Assembly (NCBI GenBank): GCA_963753345.1
Contig: CAVWBU010000047.1
Span: 32,001 to 96,000 of the forward strand
DNA: 64,000 nucleotides
From: an uncultured Fibrobacterota bacterium
GTDB lineage: Bacteria > Fibrobacterota > Chitinivibrionia > Chitinivibrionales > FEN-1185
Direction: 5' to 3'
Shown: positions 40,174 to 50,542 of the stretch, one piece after another
Layout: each line of letters begins with the position of its first letter
How positions within the stretch are numbered: position 1 is the stretch's first letter
Translations under genes and position numbers: made by a program
Notes under the pieces: model-generated
Seen by the model: only the letters and a program-made list of their open reading frames with translations
Told to the model about the DNA's origin: nothing
The model's database searches: none

Positions 40174-42445
40174 ATGGTGAGAAAGACAGTTTTAAGCGTT
40201 TTAGTGTCAGCGGTTGTTCTAAGCTCATTTGCCCAAAACGTTAACATTTCAGGAAAGGTCTCCACCACTTCAGGCGCTGCAATTTCAGGCGCCGTGGTCA
40301 GAATCTTTAATACCCCAATGGCATGCACCTCAAAAACCGACGGGACCTATCTGCTGGTCGGGTCAACAGGAATTGCCGGATCCGGAGCGACCGTCTCCCG
40401 CACGAACAGCATCATGTACCGGAACGGTTCGTTCATCTTCAACGTTTCATCACCAACACAGGCAAGCGCGAACCTTTACGATCTGGCGGGACGTTTGGTT
40501 GCCAAGGTTTTTAACGGCAGGTTGAATCAGGGATCTGCGAGCGTCCCGTTTTCATTCGACCGCCTGGGACACACCATGCTTGTCCTGCGCATCAAATTAG
40601 GTGATGCAAGCTCAACCCGTATTTTGAACCCCGCGGCAAGCGCAGGCCTTGCAATCACTCAACAGTCCCTGGCGAATGGTGCTTTGGCAAAAATCGCGGC
40701 CGTTGACTGGCTGCTGGCGGTTAAGTCCGGCTATGCATCTTATATGCAGACCATCGATGCCTACACCGGCGTCATCAATATCACCATGACCGCGCTCTCA
40801 GGCACCGCCCCAAATTTCGGACCGAACACGAGTATCTTCGATGCGTCAATGTCGTCTAGCTCGATCCAGTCCGTTCTTGACGCGGCGCACGCTGCATCAA
40901 GCCAGTTCGGCACCAACCGAGCCGCATTCTTCTTTAAACCCGGCAGCTATACCGTGAACATCACGGTCAGGTATTACATGCAGGCGTATGGTTTGGGAAT
41001 GTCTCCCGAAGACGTGCAGGTAACGGGAACGGTACAGGCGACGGAGGACGGCACAGGATCTTTCTGGCGCGGCGTGGAAGGCTTTTCCGTCAACCCGACA
41101 GGCGGGAACGCTGTCTGGGCGGTTTCGCAGGCCGACCCCTTCCGCCGCATGCATGTGAAAGGCACATTACTTATATGCAACAGCGGCGCCAGCGGCGGCT
41201 TCATATCCGATTCCAAAATCGACGGTGCGATAACCTCTGGTTGTGCACAACAGTTTTATATAAGAAACACCATCCTTAATGGAATCAATGCCGGCGGCAA
41301 TTGGAACTTTATGGTACAAGGCTGCGACAATCCCCCGGCCGAGACGTGGCCGACGGGCGGAATAAATGTGGTCGCAAAGACGCCGCTGGTGCGCGAGAAA
41401 CCGTACCTGGTGTTCGACAACACTTCCGGATTGTACTCCGTTTTCGTTCCGGCGCTTCGCACCAATTGCCAGGGAATCACGTGGGGCAACGGCAACTCCG
41501 GCCGGCGAACTGCTGCCTATCGACCAGTTCTATATTGCACTCGCAGCCACCGACAACGCCTCCACCATAAACGCGGCGCTTGCCCAGGGCAAGAACCTCA
41601 TTCTCACCCCGGGTATTTACGTGGTCAATACGCCGATCTATGTACAACGGCCCGGTACCGTTGTGCTAGGCCTGGGAATGGCCACACTGCAGGCGCAGAA
41701 CGGCTCAATTTGCCTCAAGACCGCGGACGCAGACGGCATCACCATCGCCAACATCCTGTATGAAGCCGGCTCAGGTGGTACTTCGCCTTGTTTGCTCCAG
41801 GTAGGCGATTCCGGCAGCGTGGCTGACCACAGCGCCAACCCTCCGTTCGTTTTCGATCTCTTCGCCCGCTGCGGCGGCTCTGTTGCCGGCCTGACAAAAG
41901 TTGGAGAGATTTTCAACAGCAACAACACAATCCTTGATCATTCCTGGACCTGGCGTGCAGACCATGGGGCGGGCGCGGGATGGAATTCTGACTCCAACGT
42001 CATAAGAAACGGCCTTGTCGTCAACGGCAACAACTGCATCACCTACGGACTGATGGTGGAGCATTGGCAAAAGTACAACACGGTCTGGAACGGCGACAAC
42101 GGCCAGCAATATTTCTATCAGAATGAGCTTCCCTACGATGTGCCTAACCAGGCGTCGTGGATGGAGGGCACTGTCCCGGGGATACCTGCCATCAAGGTAA
42201 CCGACCGGGCTACGAAATTCTACGGATGGGGACTGGGCATCTATTCCTACATGAGGGTGACCGCGATCACCACCACCAATGCGATGGAAGCCCCGAAGGT
42301 GCCGGGGATATCGGTCCATCGCGTGGTTACCTTTGCGCTTGGCGGAGACAAGGGAACGATCTTGCATGCAGTAAATGATACAGGAGCAGCCGTGCAGAAT
42401 CCGAGTCCCACCATGATCAGATTCGGGGATTATGTAGGACATTGA
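40174..42445 (+). CDS. Secreted GH55-like beta-1,3-glucanase, paralog 2; apparent frameshift near 41495
   Basis: Same motif series as paralog 1; both end MIRFGDYVGH; RBS AAGGAGG. Confidence 0.8.
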
Positions 42446-42497
42446 TTGATGCGATAAGAGTAAGAAAAGTCCTTAGTGAAATTAGTGAAAATTGAAG

Positions 42498-42523
42498 AGG
42501 GTGATCGTGAGGTCACCCTTTTT
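42498..42523 (+). terminator. Intrinsic terminator after GH55 paralog 2
   Basis: AGGGTGATCGTGAGGTCACCCTTTTT, identical to 39961-39986. Confidence 0.8.
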
Positions 42524-42559
42524 CTATTTTCCAATTCAATTAATTCCTAAATGCAAATC

Positions 42560-42728
42560 TGGGCGTTCCCCTCGCTGCGCTCGGGTCGGCCCTCCTTACG
42601 GTCTCGGCCTCCGGCCTCGGGCCGCCTGCCACAAAGGCCCTGCGGGCTGTGGTCAGGCAGTACCGCGCTCCAGCGCGGCCTCCAGTCCTGCCTAACGCCG
42701 GGCAGAAGGCACTGCCATATTTGTCAAG
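42560..42728 (+). repeat. Repeat family A, copy A7 (close to consensus)
   Basis: TGGGCGTTCCCCTCGCTGCGCTCGGGTCGG..GGTCTCGGCCTCCGGCCTCGGGCCGCCTGCCAC..CCTCCAGTCCTGCCTAACGC..TTGTCAAG. Confidence 0.87.
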
Positions 42729-42887
42729 ATAGCCTGCGGCAATGGTTGAGTTTGGGGGAGGAAGTTGACATGCTGAAACGTGTTGGATTTTAATTTAGGA
42801 CGTCCGTGGGCTTGAACGGATACAACATCTTTCCTTCACAACTGCCGCTCCAAGGATGCGCGCTTGTGTAAATGCATTTCCCTATTC

Positions 42888-42949
42888 TCTCCCTCTCCCC
42901 GTGGCGACCCTTGGAAGTACCCGAAGGGGTAGAGAGGGTGGGGTGAGGT
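42888..42949. repeat. REP-like hairpin (CCCTCTCCCC..GAGAGGGTGGGGTGAGG) containing the 27-bp module
   Basis: Inverted arms CCCTCTC/GAGAGGG flank CGACCCTTGGAAGTACCCGAAGGGGT. Confidence 0.65.
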
Positions 42950-43046
42950 TTCCGGTCTTGCCACAGCCCCAACCACGCCGCACCCGGCGAAGCTCCCAAA
43001 GGCATTTTAATTTATTGATTGTAAGAGTTGATTGTCAGGTGAATAC

Positions 43047-43310
43047 TCAATATGATAGCAATTCCAATTTCTTCTTCCTCGGCAACCTCTTAACTTCGTG
43101 TTCCCGGCTCATCGCCTCGCCCCGCGTCCCGCATTTCTCAACATGCCTAAGCGCTACGGGCAAATGTGCCCTTGTATATTTCGCTCCCCTGCCCGCCTGA
43201 TGCGCGGCGAGCCGCGCCTGCACGTCATTTGAAATCCCCGTGTACAATGAACCGTCGCGGCATTCGAGTATGTAAAGAAACCAAGCTGCCTTCCGGCGTT
43301 TCTTCGTCAT
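43047..43310 (-). CDS. Small GIY-YIG nuclease family protein (UPF0213-like)
   Basis: WFLYILECRDGSLYTGISND..RLAAHQAGRGAKYTR..P..AMSREHEVKRLPRKKK. Confidence 0.9.
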   Translation of the reverse strand: MTKKRRKAAWFLYILECRDGSLYTGISNDVQARLAAHQAGRGAKYTRAHLPVALRHVEKCGTRGEAMSREHEVKRLPRKKKLELLSY

Positions 43311-45949
43311 TAAAAAATCGACAGTTTATTTAAGGTTCGTTCTCCTGCCTGCGTCATCTCAAGCAAATAGATCCCTTTGCTTAACGAGGATGTTTCAAGA
43401 ACAAGACCGCCGGCCGGGATGTTGTGGGTTTTGATCACCCGCACCACCCTGCCGGAACAATTCAGGAGCTTGACAACTGCGCCGACCTTTGCATCCCATC
43501 CGGAAAAGGCAAGCATGAAATTCCCATCGGCAAGTTTCTTTATGTTCATGCGCTTTGTGTGCAGGGAACTGGGGTTCGGGCCGATGGGCTGGCCAACGCT
43601 CACTCCGGGGCGTATGCCGTATAAAAATCCGTATAAGGCGATTTTCCCCCTCATGGTCTGCTGCGGGGTAAATTCGGAATGGGCATACACGTAACGGGTA
43701 TTGAAGTAGACCTCACCAACGGGCCAGGTCGAATTATCCGGATAGCTGAAGGCCGTCATCCAGCTTGGATTGCCCATCACCATGCCGCCGCCCCAATCCA
43801 CCACGTTGAAGTACGGCGTCATGCCGGGATGCTGGCCCGGAGTACCATCGTTCTGGCCGGAGATGTACATGGCGTCGACGCTGCGTTTTGTTGAAAGAGG
43901 CGTTGATGCCGTTGTCATCTGGATCAGGTTCGCCGGATTTCTGCCAAGTCCCCAGTCTGCTTCCAGTATCAGGGCATTCTCCAGAAAATCCTTGTCCGCC
44001 TGGGTTGTCGCAACCGAACGGGCAAGGATGGTCCGTTGAACATTCTGTTCGGTATGGAACCAGCCGGTATTATTATCCGTGGAGCGCCGTGAAGGCCTGA
44101 TGGTACTGTAGTTGGCCTCGCTGTTTTTCGCCTCGTTGATAATTGAGGCTTTCATGTTGCTGTAAAGCGTCGGATAATTTACCGTGCGGTTGGTGAAAAG
44201 ATACGCGGCGGTCGCCCATAGCTGGTTATAGGCGGTCACGTCGATAATTGTGGAAGTGGTATTGGTAACCTTGCTTTCGGCATTAATTTCGTTTTCGTAA
44301 ACCGTATTTCCCGTTACATTGTAAAGGTAGGCTGCGGCCAGCATCTTAAGGTCTCTGCCCCGCACAATTCCATCGCCGATACCTTGCTTGAAGTCCAGCA
44401 TCTGATCGGTTAGTCCGCCGGCATAATTGTAGGCATTGACGGCCGAGTCGCGATAGGTGTTCATGAGGGTCGTTTGACCGGCAATGCGGAACGCTTCGGC
44501 CAGCATGGCCGCGTTGGCTGCGCTGGCCCACGCTCCGATTGCGTTGGCGCCGGCCTGATAGAAAACATTGCTGCTGTTGGGGTTGGTGAGTCCGTAGCCA
44601 TATGCCTGTCCGTCGCGCAAATTCAGCCAGAAATCCACTTCGTTTCTGGCTTCGTCGATGATGTCCGGAATGCCGTTGCCGCTCTCCGGTATGCCGAGGT
44701 TGTCGTCGCCGATGGCGCCGTTTGTCAATATATAGGGAAGGAGTATGTCATAGATGTTTGAAATGTGGGTCATGTTCCTGTCCCAGTCGGCCGCGTCCGC
44801 ATGCCCGCCGATTGCCCGCTGGTTGGTCCTGCCGGTGGAATAGGGCAGCCCACGCATCGGGATTATCGTAGACGATCCCCGCCGGAAAAGGTCGCCCAGT
44901 TGGCATTGTTCGGCTCCATGGTGGTGATATACACCACCGTGCTGGGCGGGTTGACGCCCGGGATATACAACGGCCGGCGGGGAACCGGCCGCACGCCGGC
45001 GCTGTCCTGGCCGATGCGCATGTAAAAATACCCGCGCTCGTTTACCATAAACGGATCATGATACACATCATTGGCAATCTTGAAATCCTGGCTGCAGCCG
45101 ACGCCGTCAATTACCAGGCGGTAGGTGCCTGGCGCGTAGCTGCCGGTAAAATCCGCTTTCCAAACATTGGACATGGTAAAATTGTACCCCTGCGCTTCGC
45201 CCGCGCTTGCTTTCCAGAAAGCGACCGTGGCCACCTGCTGCGACGCTTGGGTGACGGCGTTATACAGATAAACATTGTTTCCCTGAAAACCTGTGTAATC
45301 CCTGGCGCCGCCGTTGCCCGTCCAGCAGTAAAGGTCTGCGGCTTTGATGGTCGCGGCGGTCGAATAGCCCACAAGGTTGACATGCACGGCTTCGGAACGG
45401 CTGTTGTAAATGTCATACGTAAACGTTTTTGAGGTGGAGTCGGCGTTGGTGTTTGCGTTGATCTGGAGCGTGTAGGTCTTTCCCTGCACCATGGAACTGG
45501 GCAGCTTCAGATAAATGGAGTGTTCCATGGTATGCTGATAGGCAAAATCGCTGCCGGTCCAATTGCCCTCGTACATGCCGTTGAGTTTTGATTTCCGATA
45601 GCAGTTAGTGGGCGAAAGGCCTGCTGTCCCGTACGCGGCATCGTCGGTTGAGGTCAGCTTCCAGGAGGCCGTCGCCACGGCATTGGCGGTATTGAGGGCC
45701 GTGCCATAGTTTACAATGTTGTTGTTGCTCGCATCGTGGCCGAGATTAAGATAGGCAGTCGGCCCCTGACCATTATCCACAAAGGTGACGTCCCCGTCTT
45801 TGAAATAGACCTGGAGGTAATCCTTGTCAACCACTTTCACTTCTGCAAGCATTGACGCCTGCAAATGTCTGAAAGAATGAAAGCAACAGGATACATCCCA
45901 GAATAGAAACGGCATTGCGTGCATTGAGGGGTTGTCTTTGGCTTTGCAT
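43310..45949 (-). CDS. Secreted GH9-like glycoside hydrolase with N-terminal Ig-like domain and C-terminal sorting-like domain; apparent frameshifts near 45860 and 44860
   Basis: RBS AAGGAG + ATG 45949 with signal peptide; VHVNLVGY, PGTYRLVIDGVGCSQDF, GGHADAADWD, PESGNGIPDIIDEA, LGRNP, EFT; tail LSKGIYLL. Confidence 0.75.
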
Positions 45950-46094
45950 GCGTGCTCCTTTACTTGATGTTTTCTGGAGGGTACGGTCATCCGACAGAAG
46001 CAAAATAGTTCCATGCGGAAGAGGGAGTAATTTAATAAAGAGAAAGATCTGGGCGTTCCCCTAGGTGGAGTTGCGGGGCGTAATAAAAAAGAAC

Positions 46095-46221
46095 TGGGCG
46101 TTCCCCCAAGTATAGCCGCATGACAATGCGGCTATACTTGGGGTCGGCCGGCAATCCCGCTATGGCGGGACCACTCCGGTCCACCTAACGCAGGGTAGAG
46201 GACGTTGCCATAATTGTCAAG
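46095..46221 (+). repeat. Repeat family A, copy A8 (short; hairpin with 18-bp arms at 46104-46143); extra 5' fragment at 46050
   Basis: TGGGCGTTCCCCC..GGGTCGG..ATCCCGCTATGGCGGGAC..CCTAACGC..TTGTCAAG. Confidence 0.8.
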
Positions 46222-46382
46222 AGGGTTGTGATTGACAAAGGGGTTTCCCCCTTTCCAAGGGGGTGGCGGCGCTTGGGCCGCCGGGGGTTGTTATTGTAAG
46301 CATTTTCCTTGCCGGGTCTTAGGGCCGGTGAGGCCCTACCTGCATTTAATTATTCTTCGCCCTACGCATTTCCGCCGTGGGC

Positions 46383-46525
46383 CACAATCATCCTTGATAA
46401 TGCACCATCTGTCAAGAGCATTTCTCACCCCTTCCCCACATACTTCACCACCCCCCTTGTCGAAAACGCCAGCACCACCGACGCGGCCATGAGCATCACC
46501 GACAGCGCGTTGATCACCGGCGACA
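46383..46525. repeat. Direct repeat copy 1: duplicate of the 3' end of the ABC permease remnant
   Basis: About 100 bp near-identical to 47526-47631, plus about 40 bp of weaker similarity to 47485-47525. Confidence 0.9.
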
Positions 46526-46595
46526 TGTTGTCTCCTGCCGCAAAATCTCTCAATCACCACATCTTCATTGATGAACGAAAGGTATATTTACGTGC

Positions 46596-47066
46596 ATGAA
46601 GCGGACCGTATACATAGAAACTTCCATTCCCAGTTTCTATCATGAAACAAGAAATGACGCAATTTCCGTTGCATGGCGTGAGATTACTCGTTCCTGGTGG
46701 GATAGTCAGAGACGTTTTTATCAGGTGGTTACCAGCGACGTGGTACGCGTTGAACTTGAGGAGGGCAAACATCCTCACCAGAAGGAAAAGATTGCCTTGA
46801 TAGTCGGACTGGAAATACTTGAATATGTACCCATTATTGACGAAATTGCCGGCGTTTACATCCGGAACAAACTCGTTCCGGCGGAAACCGGCGGTGACGC
46901 TTATCACCTGGCGTTCGCATCATATTACGCCGTTGATTTTCTTTTGACATGGAATTGCTTGCATCTTGCCAATCCAAATAAATTCGGCCACATCCGAGCC
47001 GTTAATGAACGGCTTCGCTTGCCGACGCCGATATTATGTACACCAGAACAATTACTGTCGGAGTAA
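46596..47066 (+). CDS. PIN-domain (VapC-like) toxin
   Basis: VYIETSIPS, SDVVRVEL, DAYHLAFA, DFLLTWNCLHLAN, ILCTPEQL. Confidence 0.88.
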   Translation: MKRTVYIETSIPSFYHETRNDAISVAWREITRSWWDSQRRFYQVVTSDVVRVELEEGKHPHQKEKIALIVGLEILEYVPIIDEIAGVYIRNKLVPAETGGDAYHLAFASYYAVDFLLTWNCLHLANPNKFGHIRAVNERLRLPTPILCTPEQLLSE

Positions 47067-47080
47067 AGGACGGGCCAGCC

Positions 47081-47242
47081 ATGAAAAAATCAATTCACCC
47101 CGCTATTGAAGAAATCCATGAGGTGCGCCGGACTCTTTTCAGGAGATTCAGCTGCGACACCAAAACCTTTGGCAAGTATCTTGCCGAGCGTCAGCGGATG
47201 CACAAAAAATCCGGCCAAAAAAAGGTAAGAGCGGCCGCCTGA
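47081..47242 (+). CDS. Small putative antitoxin partner of the PIN toxin
   Basis: 53 aa, RBS AAGGA, PAIEEIHEVRR motif; directly downstream of the toxin. Confidence 0.6.
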   Translation: MKKSIHPAIEEIHEVRRTLFRRFSCDTKTFGKYLAERQRMHKKSGQKKVRAAA

Positions 47243-47528
47243 TCGTAGATCTCCAGTGGAATACCACTTGGGGGAACCGGATGCGTAACACAATCAAGAA
47301 GGCGATTTCTGAGTCCGTAAGGGACCTTATGTGTGCCGGGATTGGCACATCATTTACCCAAAGAGAATTGCGTGGGCTCGGGGTCGAAATTCCATCCGTC
47401 CATATCAACCACACAAGAATCAAACATATTCCCAGAAAGGCGCACCCTTTACGCCGTGTGAAGTAAAACAATTTCAAACTGTTTCACAAAATCATCCTTA
47501 ATCGTGTGTCATCTGTAAAGATTACTTC

Positions 47529-47878
47529 TCACCCCTTCCCCGCCACATACTTCACCACCCCCTTGTCGAAAACGCCAGCACCACCGACGCGGCCATGAGC
47601 ATCACCGACAGCGCGTTGATCACCGGCGACACGCCGAAGCGGATCATCGAATAAATGTGCAGCGGCAGCGTTGACGAGCCGGGGCCTGCCACAAAAAACG
47701 TTATCACGAAATCCTCGAGCGACAGCGTTATGGACACAAGGAACGCGGCAATGATGCCGGGGATGGACACGGGCACGACCACGCGCAGGAGCGCCTGGGG
47801 CTCGGTGGCGCGCAGGTCGTAGGCCGCCTCCACGATTGAATAGTCGAATTCGTCAAGCCGCGACGGGGCGATGCTCAT
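47529..47878 (-). pseudogene. 5'-truncated ABC transporter permease (PotC-like); its 3' end is direct repeat copy 2
   Basis: EAAYDLRA (EAA loop), SLEDFVITFFVAGPGSSTLPLHIYSMIRFGVSPVINALS; only about 110 C-terminal codons, abutting the divergent hisH start. Confidence 0.8.
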
Positions 47879-47908
47879 GGCGGCAGTGCCCTATAGTATT
47901 TTTCCTTT

Positions 47909-48529
47909 ATGATTTCCATCATCGATTACAAAGCCGGCAATCTCACCTCTGTCAAGCGGGCGCTCGACTTTCTCGGCATTGCGTGCGCCATAACGCAGGA
48001 CGCGGATGTGATCCGGAAGAGCCAGCGCATCATATTCCCGGGCGTGGGAAACGCGGCAAGCGCCGTGCCCGTGATACGCGAGCGCGGCATAGACGCGGCG
48101 CTTGCCGAGGCGTTTAGCGCCGGCACGCCGATTCTGGGCATCTGCCTGGGTACGCAGATAATCCTGTCGCGCTCCGAGGAGGGCGACACGGAATGCCTCG
48201 GATTGATAAAAGGCAATGTCGCGCGGTTTGCCCTTTCCGACCCGTCGCTTAAGGTGCCGCACATGGGCTGGAACGAGCTTCTTGTCCGTCAAGAGCACGT
48301 TCTGCTGAAGGACGTTTTGCCCGGCACGCAGATGTACTTCGTGCACTCGTTCTATCCGCGACCGAGCGACGCCTCGGCCGTCATTGCCGAATGCGAATAC
48401 GGAATAACCTTTCCCTGCGCCATCGGCACGCGCAATTTGTTCGCGACGCAGTTTCACCCGGAAAAGAGCGGCCCAGCCGGGCTTTCCATACTTAAAAATT
48501 TCGCTGCGTGGGAGCCGCAAGCATGCTGA
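47909..48529 (+). CDS. hisH: Imidazole glycerol phosphate synthase, glutaminase subunit
   Basis: [42 protein letters not shown]. Confidence 0.96.
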   Translation: MISIIDYKAGNLTSVKRALDFLGIACAITQDADVIRKSQRIIFPGVGNAASAVPVIRERGIDAALAEAFSAGTPILGICLGTQIILSRSEEGDTECLGLIKGNVARFALSDPSLKVPHMGWNELLVRQEHVLLKDVLPGTQMYFVHSFYPRPSDASAVIAECEYGITFPCAIGTRNLFATQFHPEKSGPAGLSILKNFAAWEPQAC

Positions 48530-49300
48530 GCAAACGGATAGTATCCTGTCTTGACGTGCGCGACGGCAACCTCGCAAAGAGCGTCAAGTTCGTCAACACC
48601 AAGGACATCGGCGACCCGGTTTCCACGGCCAAGCGATACTACGAAAACGGCATCGACGAGCTGGTGTTCTACGACATCACGGCCTCAAGCGACAAACGCG
48701 ACATCATGCTCGACGTGGTGAGCAGGGTCGCCGCGCGAGATATTCATCCCGTTTTCGGTGGGCGGCGGCCTGCGTTCGGTTGACGACTGCAAAAAAGTCC
48801 TGCTGGCCGGGGCCGAAAAGGTGAACGTGAACACCGCGGCAGTGGCGCGGCCCGAACTCATCGCCGAGGCATCGGCGGCCTTCGGCGCGCAGTGCGTGGT
48901 GCTGTCCATGGACGTGCTTGGGGTGCCGAAGTCCGCTGCCACACCCTCGGGGTACGAAATCGTCACGCACGGCGGCCGCACCCGCACGGGCCTGGACGCA
49001 ATCGCCTGGGCAAAGCGCGGGGAAAAGCTTGGTGCCGGCGAGCTTGTGGTGAACTCCATCGATGCCGACGGCACCAAGGAAGGATACGAACTTCGGCTCA
49101 CCCGCATGATGGCCGAGGCCGTCGGCATACCGGTGATCGCGTCCGGCGGCGGCGGAACTCCCGAGCATTTGTATCAGGTGCTCACTGAGGGAAAAGCGGA
49201 TGCGGCGCTTGTGGCGTCGATCCTTCACTATGGGGAATACTCGATACGGGAAGTCAAGGAGTACTTGAAGAAGAAGGGCGTGAGGGTGAGGATGACGTGA
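48523..49300 (+). CDS. hisF: Imidazole glycerol phosphate synthase, cyclase subunit; apparent frameshift near 48735
   Basis: [26 protein letters not shown], then [33 protein letters not shown]. Confidence 0.94.
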
Positions 49301-49312
49301 ACTCTCATTGAT

Positions 49313-49843
49313 TTATCTGACAAATAGACTGCAAGTATCCTTCCGTAGAATTCCGTAATCATCAACACCTTCCAAATAGAACATGTTAACCCCTCTCACA
49401 AAGACGGTTTGCTTTCCAATCAGGATCAATTGCTGTATAGAATATTCTTGATATCCCGCCGGGTAAAGTAACTTCTTGTTGCTATCCAGGAAGAGATTGT
49501 CACCAACTTTTATTGTATCTTGTGCCACGACGATGTTGTTGTCACAGGCAACAATGACGTTGCTGTCAGGAATTCTCGCGGGAAGGTTAGGATATCCTGC
49601 ATTAACACTTGAGGAGCTTAAGGAATCATCCTTTACGGAAAAGAATGCTAGTACAACGCTATCACCATTTGAAATAGTATCAATTTTGGGGATACTTGCA
49701 TAAGGATGTAAAGGATGTATAAGAGGTATTTCTAAGAATGAGTAAAATCCAAATTCAAAAGTGAATGACGGCATGCCGGAATCGTGATCCAAACGCAATA
49801 ACAGACCCGAGGCTGTTGCAAAAAAAAGATATCTATTTTTCAT
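49313..49843 (-). CDS. Hypothetical protein, low GC
   Basis: 176-aa ORF filling an AT-rich segment; no recognised motif. Confidence 0.45.
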   Translation of the reverse strand: MKNRYLFFATASGLLLRLDHDSGMPSFTFEFGFYSFLEIPLIHPLHPYASIPKIDTISNGDSVVLAFFSVKDDSLSSSSVNAGYPNLPARIPDSNVIVACDNNIVVAQDTIKVGDNLFLDSNKKLLYPAGYQEYSIQQLILIGKQTVFVRGVNMFYLEGVDDYGILRKDTCSLFVR

Positions 49844-50074
49844 GCCTGATCATCCCCCTGCTTCTCCGCCCTGACGAGCGGCCTGCTCACCTCAGAATAT
49901 AGGGTTTTTTTGCGCTTCTTCATCCATAAGAAACGAATATCATCAAACAATGACAAATCTTGTCCTAATTTTCCTTCACCGTAACCCGCAGCGGATATAT
50001 TTTCTGTCTTCGTTTTTTCCGGGTTGCGCCGTCGCTTTCAGAAAAGTCTCGCAGGCAGGAATCGGAGGTGTTTT

Positions 50075-50542
50075 GTGAAAGAAGCGGATGCCCGCGTCGA
50101 TCTTGACCAGCACCAGTTGCTTCTGTACGTCGAAAAGGAAGACGGATCGTACGGCCCTCTTCAGACGGGTGCCTACCTTGTAAAGAATTATTCGGACGAT
50201 TTCTTTCAGAAACGCCACAACATCGAAACCGAGTGCATGGACAAACTCACCAGGGGCGAGATAAGCCCGGTGGTGTACTATATGCTGCTGTACAATATGA
50301 CCCCGGCCGACATTGCGGTGCGGGTCGGGATCTCTAAGGCAAAGGTGCTCAAGCACCAGACGCCCAAGGGCTTTGCCGCTGCGTCCGTTGAGGTTGTCAA
50401 GCGGTACGCCGACGTGTTCGGTGTCTCGGTGGCGAACATGTTCCAGCTGGTGGTGCCCAAGGAGAAGGATCTGAATATTTCCAGCAGAAAGACCGCGAAT
50501 CCGTTTCTGTCGGTTCTTGAAATAGGCAAGGGAAACGCATGA
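50075..50542 (+). CDS. Conserved hypothetical protein with C-terminal HTH-like region
   Basis: RBS GGAGG + GTG; LYVEKEDGSY, GEISPVVYYM, DIAVRVGIS, RYADVFGVS; ATGA overlap with the next gene. Confidence 0.7.
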   Translation: MKEADARVDLDQHQLLLYVEKEDGSYGPLQTGAYLVKNYSDDFFQKRHNIETECMDKLTRGEISPVVYYMLLYNMTPADIAVRVGISKAKVLKHQTPKGFAAASVEVVKRYADVFGVSVANMFQLVVPKEKDLNISSRKTANPFLSVLEIGKGNA

